64,000 bases of DNA from Chloroflexota bacterium (GTDB lineage: Bacteria > Chloroflexota > Dehalococcoidia > DSTF01 > RBG-16-68-14), in assembly GCA_029262675.1 (NCBI GenBank), contig JAJCYW010000015.1:4662-68661 (forward strand), in the 5' to 3' direction. The notes under the pieces were generated by a model. The model had not been told where the DNA came from and searched no databases. It saw only the letters and a program-made list of their open reading frames with translations. The translations under genes and the position numbers were made by a program. The stretch's first letter is position 1. Every line of letters starts with the position of its first letter. Of the stretch, positions 21,019-30,347 are shown one piece after another.

Positions 21019-22062
21019 CTACATGTGCAACGGCGGGTAGTAGTTCTCGGCGCCGACCTTGCGGACGTCTGTGAGCCAATCGCCTTCGTACTTGTCCGTC
21101 GGCCCCTGGGTGGGGTCGGCGAGGCTCCAGGCCTGCCGGCGATACGTCCAGTTGTCGGGCTGGAGGCGGTGGGCCTCGCGCCAGTTGCGAACCGCGCCTT
21201 CCTCGTCGCCCTGACGTTGCAGGTGCGCTCCGAGCTCGAATCGGGCGGCGGCCTGGGCCTCGGCCTCGGGCCGCGGTCGGCTGCGCTCGACGACTTCGGT
21301 CTGCGAGAGGGCGTAGGGGCTAGCGGAACCGTTGTCGGCCCAGTCGCGGAGGGCGGCGACGTAGGTCTCAGGGTCGGCCTGGATCTTCTTCGCCTCGACC
21401 ATCATGTCGCGGATGCGGTCGGGGAGACCGTCCGGGATCGGCACGTCGCGGAGGGGTGAGACGTGGGGAAAGGCGGGCTCCGGCGGCCGGACGATGATGC
21501 CTTCTTCGTCGATCCAGATGCCGCTGGGGACGTTGGTGACGCCGAAGAGGGCATCGAGGGCGTGGTGCGAATCGATTAGCGACGGGTGCTCCGGCAGGTT
21601 CTGCTCAATCACGGCGCGGGCGGCGCCGGCGTTGGTGTCGAGTGCGACGGTGACGACCTCAAGACCTTTCGGCTCCAGCTCTTCGCGAATGGCCTGCCAC
21701 CCGGGCAGGTCGTTGCGGCATCCTCACCACGAGGCCCAGGCGACGAGGAAGACCTTCTTCCCGCGCAGGCCGTCGAGCCGGAACGTCTCGCCGCCGTAGT
21801 CCGGCAGCTCGAGCGCTGGGGCGACGGCGGACGTGAGCGCGCGGCCACCGGCTTCTGGACCGAGCGCCAAAAGGCCTGAGGGCTCGTCGGCGATGAGGGG
21901 CATGCCGAGTGCCTCAGCGACGATGGAGAGTTCGACGGTGTCCGCCGGCGGGTCGGCGAGTGGAACGCAGCGGTCGTCCTTGCAGGCGCCCTCCGGTTTG
22001 ATCTGCCAGCCGGTGGCGCGTTCGAAGTCGGCGGTCTTCACCGTGGTGCTGTCCGAGATCAT
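21019..22062 (-). CDS. Selenoprotein, ResA/TlpA-like thioredoxin fold with WASWUGC motif (347 aa, Sec at codon 113)
   Basis: ORFs 21724-22092 and 21019-21612 are in frame and joined across TGA 21726-21724 by 37 open codons: GKKVFLVAWASW-U-GCRNDLPGWQAIREELEPKGLEVVTVALD. AGGAG RBS precedes ATG 22062. Confidence 0.88.
21693..21723 (-). promoter_or_regulatory. Putative bacterial SECIS element
   Basis: Stem CCUGCC / GGCAGG with loop CGGGU; the stem starts 14 nt and the loop 20 nt after the UGA. Confidence 0.6.
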
Positions 22063-22200
22063 GGGTTGCTCCTTTTGTCTAGCTGTTGTCAAAAACGATC
22101 ATACCGGACAAAGTATGGCGGTGCGGTAACGCGACGTCGGCGGAGGTGGTAGACTGCCGCTGGTCCACCGGACGTGGAAGAAGGACGGGCGCAGAGCGAG

Positions 22201-23223
22201 ATGAGCGAACCCGGTATCGAAGAGCGGCTGGCGGCGTACCTGGCGACGAAGTTGCCGGACGCGGACGACGTGCGCGTCGACGGATTGGCGCGGATCTTCG
22301 GCGGGGCGTCGCGCGAGACGTATCGCTTCGTACTGCACGCGCGGCAGGGAGGCGAGGCGACGTCGCGGCGGCTGATCTTGCGGCGTGACCCGCCCGGCAG
22401 CCTGATCGAGACGGAGCGTTCTGTTGAGTTCGCGGCCTACCGCGGATTCCACGGCACGGCGGTGCCCGTGCCGGAGGCGCTCTGGCTGGAAGAAGACCCG
22501 TCTCATCTGGACCATGCCTTCTTCATCATGGAGGAGCTGACCGGTTCCAACCTGCAATCGAGCGCTGCGGAGGCGGCGCCGCACGCAGCCAAGCTGACGC
22601 CGCAGAAGTGGTCGATCCTGGGCGAGATATCGAAGGCGGACCCGGCGGCACTGGGGCTCGACGCGGTAATGACGCCGGTGACGCCGGAGGCGTGCTGGCA
22701 GCGCGAATTGGACTACTGGGAGGATCAGCTAGACCGCCACGAGCTGTGCCCGCAGCCGATCACGCGCGCGGCCATTCGCAAGCTACGCAAAAACCCGCCG
22801 CCGCCGGCGCAGCGCGTCAGCGTTGTGCACGCGGACTATCGCACCGGCAACTTCCTCTTCGACGATGAGGGAACGATTCTCGGTATTCTCGATTGGGAGA
22901 TGGCGCATCTCGGCGATCCTTTGGAGGACTTGGCCTGGGGTCTGAACCTGGTCTGGCAGACGCCGGACGGACTGGCGGGCGGGCTGGCGACGCGCGAAGA
23001 GGCCGTGCGGATCTGGGAGGAGTCGTCGGGTCTGCGAGCAGATGATGAGGCGTTGCAGTGGTGGGAGCTGTTCTCCAGCGTGAAGGGCCAGGCGATCTGG
23101 GTGAGCAGCGCCAAGGAGTTCACGGACGGCAAGAACCAAGACCTGATCCTGGCGGCGGCGACCTTGGTGATGGGAAATCGCCAGGACAAGGCGATGCTGG
23201 CCGCGATGGGACATCCGGTATGA
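22201..23223 (+). CDS. Phosphotransferase (APH/ACAD10-N-like) family protein
   Basis: GGASRETY, LILRRDP, VHADYRTGN, LDWEMAHLGDPLEDLAW. Confidence 0.88.
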   Translation: MSEPGIEERLAAYLATKLPDADDVRVDGLARIFGGASRETYRFVLHARQGGEATSRRLILRRDPPGSLIETERSVEFAAYRGFHGTAVPVPEALWLEEDPSHLDHAFFIMEELTGSNLQSSAAEAAPHAAKLTPQKWSILGEISKADPAALGLDAVMTPVTPEACWQRELDYWEDQLDRHELCPQPITRAAIRKLRKNPPPPAQRVSVVHADYRTGNFLFDDEGTILGILDWEMAHLGDPLEDLAWGLNLVWQTPDGLAGGLATREEAVRIWEESSGLRADDEALQWWELFSSVKGQAIWVSSAKEFTDGKNQDLILAAATLVMGNRQDKAMLAAMGHPV

Positions 23224-23301
23224 AGGCCGGCACAGGCCGGCGGCTGGGGGGTTCATTGCGGCACGGCGATTGCATAACGTCGACGCTGATGGGGGCGCGG
23301 C

Positions 23302-23751
23302 ATGAAGCCTGACATGGGCAGGCTGCTGGAGGTGGCCGCCGGGCATTTGATGGGTACCACAGCGCCGCTACTGGGCGACGCGTATGAGCAGTCGAACGTG
23401 AGTGTGCTGGGGATGATGCTGATGGCGGTGGGCCACGAACACGAGCGGGCGGCCGCGCGTCGCGTGGAGGAGAACGGTGTGCTGCGGCGGCTGTTCGCGA
23501 AGGCTGCTGACTCGGCTGAGGACGGCGAGCTGAGTGCGAGGCTGACAGCCGCAGCCGCCAGCGAGGACGCCGATCTCACTGTGTCCGCGCTGGAGGCAAG
23601 TAACGCCGAACTGCGCGGGCTGCTGGTGGAGCTGCACGCGGCGCTGGAGGAGATCGATAGCCCTGCGGCGCGCGAACTGGAGGCCGAGGTCTGGCAGGAG
23701 CTGGCGGCCTCGACGCGCAGGCGATCGCTGCCGACGCTGGGCGACACGTAG
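23302..23751 (+). CDS. Hypothetical helical protein
   Basis: 149-aa ORF with typical codon usage, same orientation as its neighbours. Confidence 0.65.
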   Translation: MKPDMGRLLEVAAGHLMGTTAPLLGDAYEQSNVSVLGMMLMAVGHEHERAAARRVEENGVLRRLFAKAADSAEDGELSARLTAAAASEDADLTVSALEASNAELRGLLVELHAALEEIDSPAARELEAEVWQELAASTRRRSLPTLGDT

Positions 23752-23788
23752 GCCGGGGAACGCCGAAGCGATTCGAAAGGACACGATC

Positions 23789-24790
23789 ATGGTAAAGCTG
23801 ACGGCCAACGATGAGCTCTTTGTGCATCAGATACCCGAGCCGTTGTCGAGCATGGCGGCGTACCACGAGCACTGGCGCGACAGCTACTTCTACGTGATGC
23901 ACCCGAAGACGACGCCGGGCGACGTACTCGTGCTGACGATGGCCAGCTTCCCGGCGAGGGGAGAGATGGATTCGCTGCAGTTAGGCCGCGTCGGCGGGAA
24001 TCAGATCGTAGCGCGGCACGCGCGGCCGTTGGGCGACGACCCGCACACGCCGACCGTCGGGCCGGTGAAGATCGAGTTCGTCGAGCCGCTGAAGACGGTG
24101 CGGCTGGTCGTTTCCGGCGCGGACGCACCGGTGGAGATGGACATCACGTTCGAGGCGCGCACTCAGCCCTACGGTCTGCGCCGGGGGACGATGAAGGCGG
24201 GGCACGAGCTCATCTGGGACCAGAGCCACATGGTGCAGTCCGGGAACTACTCCGGAAGCTACACGCATGAGGGGAAAACGTTCTCGGTCGACGGCTGGTG
24301 GGGACAGCGCGACCACTCCTGGGGCATCCGAGACCACGGCCGCTGTCCGATGTGGATGTGGCTGGCGATCCAGTTGGACGATGGCATGTTTGGCGGCTGG
24401 CACTGGGAGTACCCAAACGGCGCGCGCGTGTTTACTGACTGCTGCTTCGCGCCGGCGGACGGCAGCGACCCGATTCCTGTCACCGGGTTTCGTCACGAGT
24501 TGCACTGGACGGGAGAGGACGGCCAGCAGGTCGACTACGGTCGCGACGGGGAGAACGTGAAAGGCCTGGCAGGCCGCGTCGAGTATGAGCTAGAGACCGG
24601 ACAGCGCGTGGCGGTCGACGGCCAGGGCGTTTGGAGCACGCCGTACGGGCAGCTAGGGGGCGGGCAGAACTTTATGTCGGTGCGTACAGACGACGGCCGC
24701 GAGGGCACTGCGATCTACGAATTGACCGGCGCTTCTCACCACCGCTACTTCCCTGTCGCGCGCGGCGAGAACCTGCCGCCGGGCCCATAG
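23789..24790 (+). CDS. Hypothetical protein, AttH/tocopherol-cyclase-like beta fold
   Basis: GQRDHSWGIR motif; AAGGA RBS. Confidence 0.7.
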   Translation: MVKLTANDELFVHQIPEPLSSMAAYHEHWRDSYFYVMHPKTTPGDVLVLTMASFPARGEMDSLQLGRVGGNQIVARHARPLGDDPHTPTVGPVKIEFVEPLKTVRLVVSGADAPVEMDITFEARTQPYGLRRGTMKAGHELIWDQSHMVQSGNYSGSYTHEGKTFSVDGWWGQRDHSWGIRDHGRCPMWMWLAIQLDDGMFGGWHWEYPNGARVFTDCCFAPADGSDPIPVTGFRHELHWTGEDGQQVDYGRDGENVKGLAGRVEYELETGQRVAVDGQGVWSTPYGQLGGGQNFMSVRTDDGREGTAIYELTGASHHRYFPVARGENLPPGP

Positions 24791-24836
24791 CGTGGGCTAG
24801 GCGGCTGCCCTCACGGGCAGCCTGCGTAAATTTCGA

Positions 24837-25781
24837 TTACGCGGCTTTCTGTAAGCTTCCTGTCGTGGGCTGCGCGCTAACGGCTGCCGGGTCGGGCAGA
24901 GGGCTGCGCGACGGGGTGCGGGGGTCGAGGGCGTCGCGGAGGCCGTCGCCGATGAAGGTGAAGCTGAGCGTCGTGATCGCGACGGCGAGGCAGGCCGCGA
25001 TGGCGAGGTGGGGCGCGGCGAGCATGGTGTTGAACGAATCGGTGACGAGACCGCCCCAGGTCGGTGTCGGCGGAGCGAAGCCGAGACCGACGAAGGCGAG
25101 GGCCGCCTCGGCGAAGATGGCCGCCGGGATGCCGAAAGTGGCGGTGACGATGACGGGCCCTGCGACGTTGGGGAGCAGGTGACGCCAGGCGATCCGCCAG
25201 GTACTGGCGCCCATCGCGCGGGCCGCCAGCACGTAGTCCTCCTGTCGTAACGCAAGCACCTGGCCGCGCACGAGACGGGCGATCGTCGTCCAACTGACCA
25301 GCCCAATAGCCAGGACGAGCATCAGCGTGCTGACGCCGAAGATGCTGACCAGCAGGATGATCATCAGCAGGTCCGGGAACGCATACGCCACGTCCGTCAT
25401 TCGCATGAGGAGCGAATCGGCACGGCGGCCGCCGAGGCCGGCGGCGAGCCCAACAGAAACGCCGAGCGCGAGCGCAACGGCCTGTGTCAGCACGCCGACG
25501 GAGAGCGAAATGCGCGCGCCGTGGACGAGGCGGCTGTACTGGTCACGGCCGAGTTGATCGGTGCCGAGCCAGAACTCGGCGCTGGGGCCAGCGAGTGTCG
25601 AGTCGAGGTGCTGATCGGTCGGCGGGTGGCGGTCGACCCACGGCGCGAGGAGCGCCAGCGTCGCGAAGGCGGCGATCACGACCATGCCTACGACGGCCGC
25701 TCGGTTGCGCAGGAGGCGTCGCAGCGCGTCGCGGGAGGCGGGCGGCGGCGGACCGGCGATGGGGACGGGCGCGCTAGACAT
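24837..25781 (-). CDS. Peptide/nickel ABC transporter permease (OppC-like)
   Basis: WLGTDQLGRD, EDYVLAARAMGA, HLLPN, GDGLRDALDP. Confidence 0.92.
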   Translation of the reverse strand: MSSAPVPIAGPPPPASRDALRRLLRNRAAVVGMVVIAAFATLALLAPWVDRHPPTDQHLDSTLAGPSAEFWLGTDQLGRDQYSRLVHGARISLSVGVLTQAVALALGVSVGLAAGLGGRRADSLLMRMTDVAYAFPDLLMIILLVSIFGVSTLMLVLAIGLVSWTTIARLVRGQVLALRQEDYVLAARAMGASTWRIAWRHLLPNVAGPVIVTATFGIPAAIFAEAALAFVGLGFAPPTPTWGGLVTDSFNTMLAAPHLAIAACLAVAITTLSFTFIGDGLRDALDPRTPSRSPLPDPAAVSAQPTTGSLQKAA

Positions 25782-26718
25782 CGACTCGGGTGGCGTCCGC
25801 CGCGCCGTAGCGCACACGCGGATCGACGATAGCGTAGAGCACGTCGACGAGCAGGTTCGCCAGGATGATCACGAGCGTGTAGAAGAGCGTCGTTCCCATG
25901 ATCACGCCGTAGTCGCGGGCCGAGATGGCGGTGACGAACGCGCGGCCCATCCCCGGAATCGCGAAGAGCTGCTCGATGATGAACGAGCCGGTGACGAGCA
26001 TGGCCGCGACCGGCCCGAGGACGGTGAGCACCGGGATCAGCGCGTTGCGGAGGATGTGACGCAGCACGACGGCGCGCTCGTGCAGGCCCTTGGCGCGGGC
26101 CGTGCGGACGTACTCCCGGTGCAGCACATCGAGCACGCTGGCGCGGGTAACGCGGGCGATGTAGGCCGTGGGCCAGGCGCTGAGGGCCAGGACGGGCATA
26201 ACGGCCTGCTTGGCGCTGCCCCAGCCGCCCGAAGGCAGCCAGTGCAGGTAGGCGGTGAACGTCACGAGCATGAGCATGCCCAGGATGAAGCTGGGCACGC
26301 TGGCGCCGACCGTCGCGAGCGCGACCGATGCGTAGTCGGCAGGCCCGTCCTTGCGCAGCGCAGCGAGCGTGCCGAGCGCCACGCCGGCCGTTGTGCTGAG
26401 CGCCAGCGCGAGCAGGCCGAGAGTCGCGGAGACGCGGATGCCGTCGCCGAGCACGTCGGAGACGGGGCGGTTACTGCTGCGGAACGAGACGCCGAGGTCG
26501 CCCTGCGCGAGGCCGAGGGCGTAGTCGCCGAACTGCTGCCAGAGCGGCTTGTCGAGACCATACGCCTGGTTGACGTTCTCCAGAGCTTCAGGCGGCAGGC
26601 GCTTGGAGCGGTCCCAGGGGCCGCCGGGGACCTGGTGCATCAGGATGAACGTGATCAGCGCGACCGCGAAGAGGAGCGGTCCGATCCAGAGGATGCGCTG
26701 GATGACGTAGGCGGCCAC
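25774..26718 (-). CDS. Peptide/nickel ABC transporter permease (OppB-like)
   Basis: GLDKPL..Q, GDLG.S, YVRTARAKGL, RDY, DPRVR. Confidence 0.92.
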   Translation of the reverse strand: MAAYVIQRILWIGPLLFAVALITFILMHQVPGGPWDRSKRLPPEALENVNQAYGLDKPLWQQFGDYALGLAQGDLGVSFRSSNRPVSDVLGDGIRVSATLGLLALALSTTAGVALGTLAALRKDGPADYASVALATVGASVPSFILGMLMLVTFTAYLHWLPSGGWGSAKQAVMPVLALSAWPTAYIARVTRASVLDVLHREYVRTARAKGLHERAVVLRHILRNALIPVLTVLGPVAAMLVTGSFIIEQLFAIPGMGRAFVTAISARDYGVIMGTTLFYTLVIILANLLVDVLYAIVDPRVRYGAADATRVDV

Positions 26719-26808
26719 GCTCGTTCCTTCCTTGTTTGTGCGACCGTACGCTTACGGTCATTTCTCGTTGCGCGAATGCACGTTTGCTTTCGCGCCTGCC
26801 GGAAGCAG

Positions 26809-26839
26809 ACCGAGCCCCGACACGCCGTCGGGGCCCGGT
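26809..26839. terminator. Hairpin between the binding-protein and permease genes
   Basis: ACCGAGCCCCGA-CACGCCG-TCGGGGCCCGGT, near-perfect stem. Confidence 0.4.
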
Positions 26840-26865
26840 TAGGTTCGATTCGCGTTCGCGCCAGC

Positions 26866-28557
26866 CTACTCCGGATCCGACGCCGGCGGCGCGCTGCCCG
26901 TTTCCAGAATCTGCACGCTCGGCGTGAACCAATCGCCCGGCTCCGCATCGAGTGCGGTGGTGGCGAGGCCGGCGACGTGGGACTTCACCAGGTAGTTGCG
27001 CTCGGGGTGGAAGATGGGCGTGATCGCCTGGTCGGCGATGATGATGCGGTGGGCCTGGTCATACAGCGCCAGCCGCTTCGTCGTGTCGAGCTCGACGGCG
27101 GCCTGCTCGAAGAGGGCGTCGGCGTCTTCGTTGCTGTAGCCGAGCACGTTGAACGCGCCGTCCGTCGCGAACTGCTGCGGCAGCCAGTTCTCCGGGTCGG
27201 CGTAGTCGGCGAACCAACTCAGCCACGTGACCTGGAAGTCGGTTTCGAAGTAGCGATCGAAGAATACGGTCTCTTCGACAGATTCGATGTCGATGTTGAT
27301 GCCGAGGTTCTGACGGAGTTGCTCCTGAATGAACTGGGCCGTCAGGTCGTTCGTCGGGTCGGAGAGGACGGTAAACGTGACGTCCGGGAAGTCCGCGCCG
27401 TCCGTGTACCCGGCCTGCGAGAGCAGACCGGCCGCCGCGTCAGCGTCGAAGGCGAGGTCGATGCCGACGCCCGGGTTGGCGGCGGGCATGCCCGGCGGCA
27501 GCCAGCCGACGGCGGCCTGGCCGACGCCGCTGCGGATGGCGGAGACGTAGGCCTCGCGGTCGATGGCGCGGCTGAAGGCCTGGCGGACGAGCGGGTTATC
27601 GAACGGGGCCTGGGTGTGGTTGTACTGGAGCGCGAACGTCTCTAGCTCCGCGTAGCGGATCTGCTCGCTGTCGCCCTGATAGCGGGAGCTGTCAGCCAGC
27701 GGGATCGCCGTCATATCGAGCTCGCCATTCTCGTAGGCGATGAGGGCGGCGCTGTCCTCCGGAATGATCTTGTAGATGAGTGTGTCGAGCGTCGGCTGGT
27801 CGTCGCCCCAGTAGAGGGGATTCGATTCCAGGACGATGCGCTGCTCGGGCGCGTACTCGGCGAGGACGAATGGCCCGTTGCCGATCAGGTTGCCGGGCTC
27901 TGTCCAAGCGTCGCCGTACTGGTCGATCAGGTCTCCGCGCAGCGGCGCGGCCGGCCAGAGGGCGAGCAGCGTCGGCAGCGTGGGCTGGGCGCGTGACAGC
28001 TCGATCTCGAGCGTGTAGTCATCGAGCGCGACGACGGCGACCGCCTCGGCGGAGCCGTCCTCGTAGGCGAAGGCTTCTCCGCCCGCTATCGCCGTGTAGA
28101 AGTCGAAGTAGTAACCCTGGCCGCCGCCCTCCGGGTCGAAGAGGCGTTGGAAGGCGTAGACGAAGTTGTGCGCAGTCAGCGGCACGCCGTCGCTCCAGGT
28201 AGCGTCCTGGCGCAGATTAATCGTGTAGGTGAGGCCGTCCTCCGTGATGCCGCCGTTGTCCTTCGTCGGGACGGTGATGGCGACGGACGGGATGACGTTG
28301 AGATCCGCGTCGTAAGTGAAGAGGCCGCGGAAGATCTGCTTCGCGATGCTGATCTCTTCGGCGTATGAGGCGAGCTGCGGGTCGAACGTCGAGGGATCGC
28401 CGGCGATGCGGAGACGGAACTCCTGGTCGGCCGCGAGGTCGTTGCTGACCTGGCCGCCATCGCTGTCGCCGCCGCTGCAGGCGACGGCGACGAGCACCGC
28501 GATCAGGAGCACGACGAGGTGGCTGGGCCGGACCCAACTCGGTAGTGAAACGGGCAT
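26866..28557 (-). CDS. Peptide ABC transporter substrate-binding lipoprotein (OppA-like)
   Basis: Lipobox VAVAC; DGLTYTINLR..ATWSDG, GNGPF, WFADYADP; AAGGAG RBS. Confidence 0.92.
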   Translation of the reverse strand: MPVSLPSWVRPSHLVVLLIAVLVAVACSGGDSDGGQVSNDLAADQEFRLRIAGDPSTFDPQLASYAEEISIAKQIFRGLFTYDADLNVIPSVAITVPTKDNGGITEDGLTYTINLRQDATWSDGVPLTAHNFVYAFQRLFDPEGGGQGYYFDFYTAIAGGEAFAYEDGSAEAVAVVALDDYTLEIELSRAQPTLPTLLALWPAAPLRGDLIDQYGDAWTEPGNLIGNGPFVLAEYAPEQRIVLESNPLYWGDDQPTLDTLIYKIIPEDSAALIAYENGELDMTAIPLADSSRYQGDSEQIRYAELETFALQYNHTQAPFDNPLVRQAFSRAIDREAYVSAIRSGVGQAAVGWLPPGMPAANPGVGIDLAFDADAAAGLLSQAGYTDGADFPDVTFTVLSDPTNDLTAQFIQEQLRQNLGINIDIESVEETVFFDRYFETDFQVTWLSWFADYADPENWLPQQFATDGAFNVLGYSNEDADALFEQAAVELDTTKRLALYDQAHRIIIADQAITPIFHPERNYLVKSHVAGLATTALDAEPGDWFTPSVQILETGSAPPASDPE

Positions 28558-28765
28558 GTGACACTCCTTTATGAACGGGCGCTTTGGGGTGGCGTCCATG
28601 CGACGCGCGGCCAGCGCCCCAACGTGGTCTGGTTCACAGAAGGTTCGTCACGCCGTGTGGTGCTCCAAGTTAGGAGAAACCCGTACGGCGGCGGACGAGA
28701 ACGCCTAAGGGATGGGCACCGTCCGTTGTCTTCTCGCCGCCGACGTGATTCACTCTCTGGTACAT

Positions 28766-30289
28766 ATGACGAACGTGACGCGCGATCTGCGCTGGGCGAA
28801 GCTCGGAACAGTCTGGCTGGCGCTATTCGTCGCACTTCTCGCGCTGACCCTTGTGCTGTCGGGGGACGGCGCGGGCGCCGACGACACGAACGGCGTCGTC
28901 GCGCTGGAGATGGGCGGGGCGCATAGCTGCGCGTTGCTGGCGAGCGGCGAGGCGTGGTGCTGGGGCTGGAACTTCTACGGAAATCTCGGGCGCGGCAACA
29001 CGGAGAGCGGCCTGACGCCGGCGCCGGTCTGCGAGTCGATAGACGGCGGCGTCTGCGAACCGCTGCAAGGGGTCGTGTCGCTTAGCGGCGGGGAGGACCA
29101 CACCTGCGCGGTGGTGGAGGACGGTCGTACGCGCTGCTGGGGGCTGAACGCGGACGGCCAGCTAGGTGACCGGACGACGGTCGACCGGCACTTGCCGATA
29201 GGCGGGTGCGTCCCGGTTGAAGAGCCAGCATCCTGCTGGACGGACTCGGCCATAGTTGCCGCTGCAGCCGGGTCGTCGCATAGCTGTGGCGTAGGTCTGA
29301 GTACCCTTATCGCTTGTTGGGGCGACAACGATCGCGGCCAGCTCGGATTTGGCGAGACAATCGCGCGTCCGGCGGGCGCGATCGTTTGCACAGGCCCAGC
29401 GCCTGGCTGCGTTTGGTTTGGCAGCACGCAAGAAATCGTCGCGGGTGACGACCACACCTGCGCGCTGATGGCTGACCGCACGGTGCGCTGCTGGGGCGAC
29501 AACGCGGAGGGCCAGCTTGGCGACGGCGGAGCCTGCGGCGGAGTCTGTCCGTACGCGGTCGTCGTCTGCGTGCCGGGGGCAGGGCGGTGCGGTTGGCTGA
29601 CCGACGTGGTTTCGCTCTCGGCTGGGGCCGCGCACACCTGCGCTGTCCTGACGGACGGCGAGCTGCTGTGCTGGGGCCGCAACGCGCAGGGCCAGCTCGG
29701 CGACGGGACGACGCAGTCCAGCGACCGGCCCGTCGCCGCCGCGTTGACGGACGTTGCGGCCGTTGCCGCGGGGGTGGCACACACATGTGCGGTGAATCTA
29801 GCAGGCGGCGTGCGCTGCTGGGGGTCGAACAGCGTCGGGCAGCTCGGCGATGGAGGAACACAGAACTCGCTGACGCCGGTGCAGGTCGAAGGCCTGGAGA
29901 GCGGCGTGCTGTCGATCTCGGCGGGCGGCTCGCACACCTGCGCGCTGCTCGAAAGCGGCGGCGTGCGCTGCTGGGGCTGGAACGCGGACGGCCGGCTGGG
30001 CGACGGTACGTTCACGCCGCGGCGCGCGCCGGTCGAGGTCGTCGGGCTGGCCGAGAAGCCGCCGCCTGCTCCGACAGCCGCACCGCCGCCGGCCGCGCGC
30101 GGTGACGCGAACTGCTACGGCGGCGTCGATGCGATCGACGCGGCGCTGGTGTTGCAGATGACGGCCGGGCTGCTACCTGCGGTGGGGTGCCCGGCGGCGG
30201 CCGACGCGGACGGCGACGGCGACATCGACGCGATCGACGCTGCGCTGGTGCTGCAGTTCGTCGCAGGGTTGCTGGCGGCGCTCCCATAG
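28766..30289 (+). CDS. Secreted RCC1-repeat protein with C-terminal dockerin
   Basis: Seven H(T/S)C...CWG.N..G.LG repeats; C-terminal GDANC.G.VDAIDAALVLQ / ADADGDGDIDAIDAALVLQ duplication. Confidence 0.88.
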   Translation: MTNVTRDLRWAKLGTVWLALFVALLALTLVLSGDGAGADDTNGVVALEMGGAHSCALLASGEAWCWGWNFYGNLGRGNTESGLTPAPVCESIDGGVCEPLQGVVSLSGGEDHTCAVVEDGRTRCWGLNADGQLGDRTTVDRHLPIGGCVPVEEPASCWTDSAIVAAAAGSSHSCGVGLSTLIACWGDNDRGQLGFGETIARPAGAIVCTGPAPGCVWFGSTQEIVAGDDHTCALMADRTVRCWGDNAEGQLGDGGACGGVCPYAVVVCVPGAGRCGWLTDVVSLSAGAAHTCAVLTDGELLCWGRNAQGQLGDGTTQSSDRPVAAALTDVAAVAAGVAHTCAVNLAGGVRCWGSNSVGQLGDGGTQNSLTPVQVEGLESGVLSISAGGSHTCALLESGGVRCWGWNADGRLGDGTFTPRRAPVEVVGLAEKPPPAPTAAPPPAARGDANCYGGVDAIDAALVLQMTAGLLPAVGCPAAADADGDGDIDAIDAALVLQFVAGLLAALP

Positions 30290-30347
30290 CCCCGGCGCTC
30301 CGCCGGCGGCGCGGGCCTCCCGGACGGCGTTGGCTATACTTCGGGTT

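Noticed and set aside
24837-28557. Peptide ABC operon lacking ATPase genes
   Set aside because: A common arrangement; ATPases are often shared from another locus.
28558-28765. Riboswitch upstream of the peptide-binding protein
   Set aside because: No recognisable TPP, SAM, FMN, glycine or c-di-AMP consensus.
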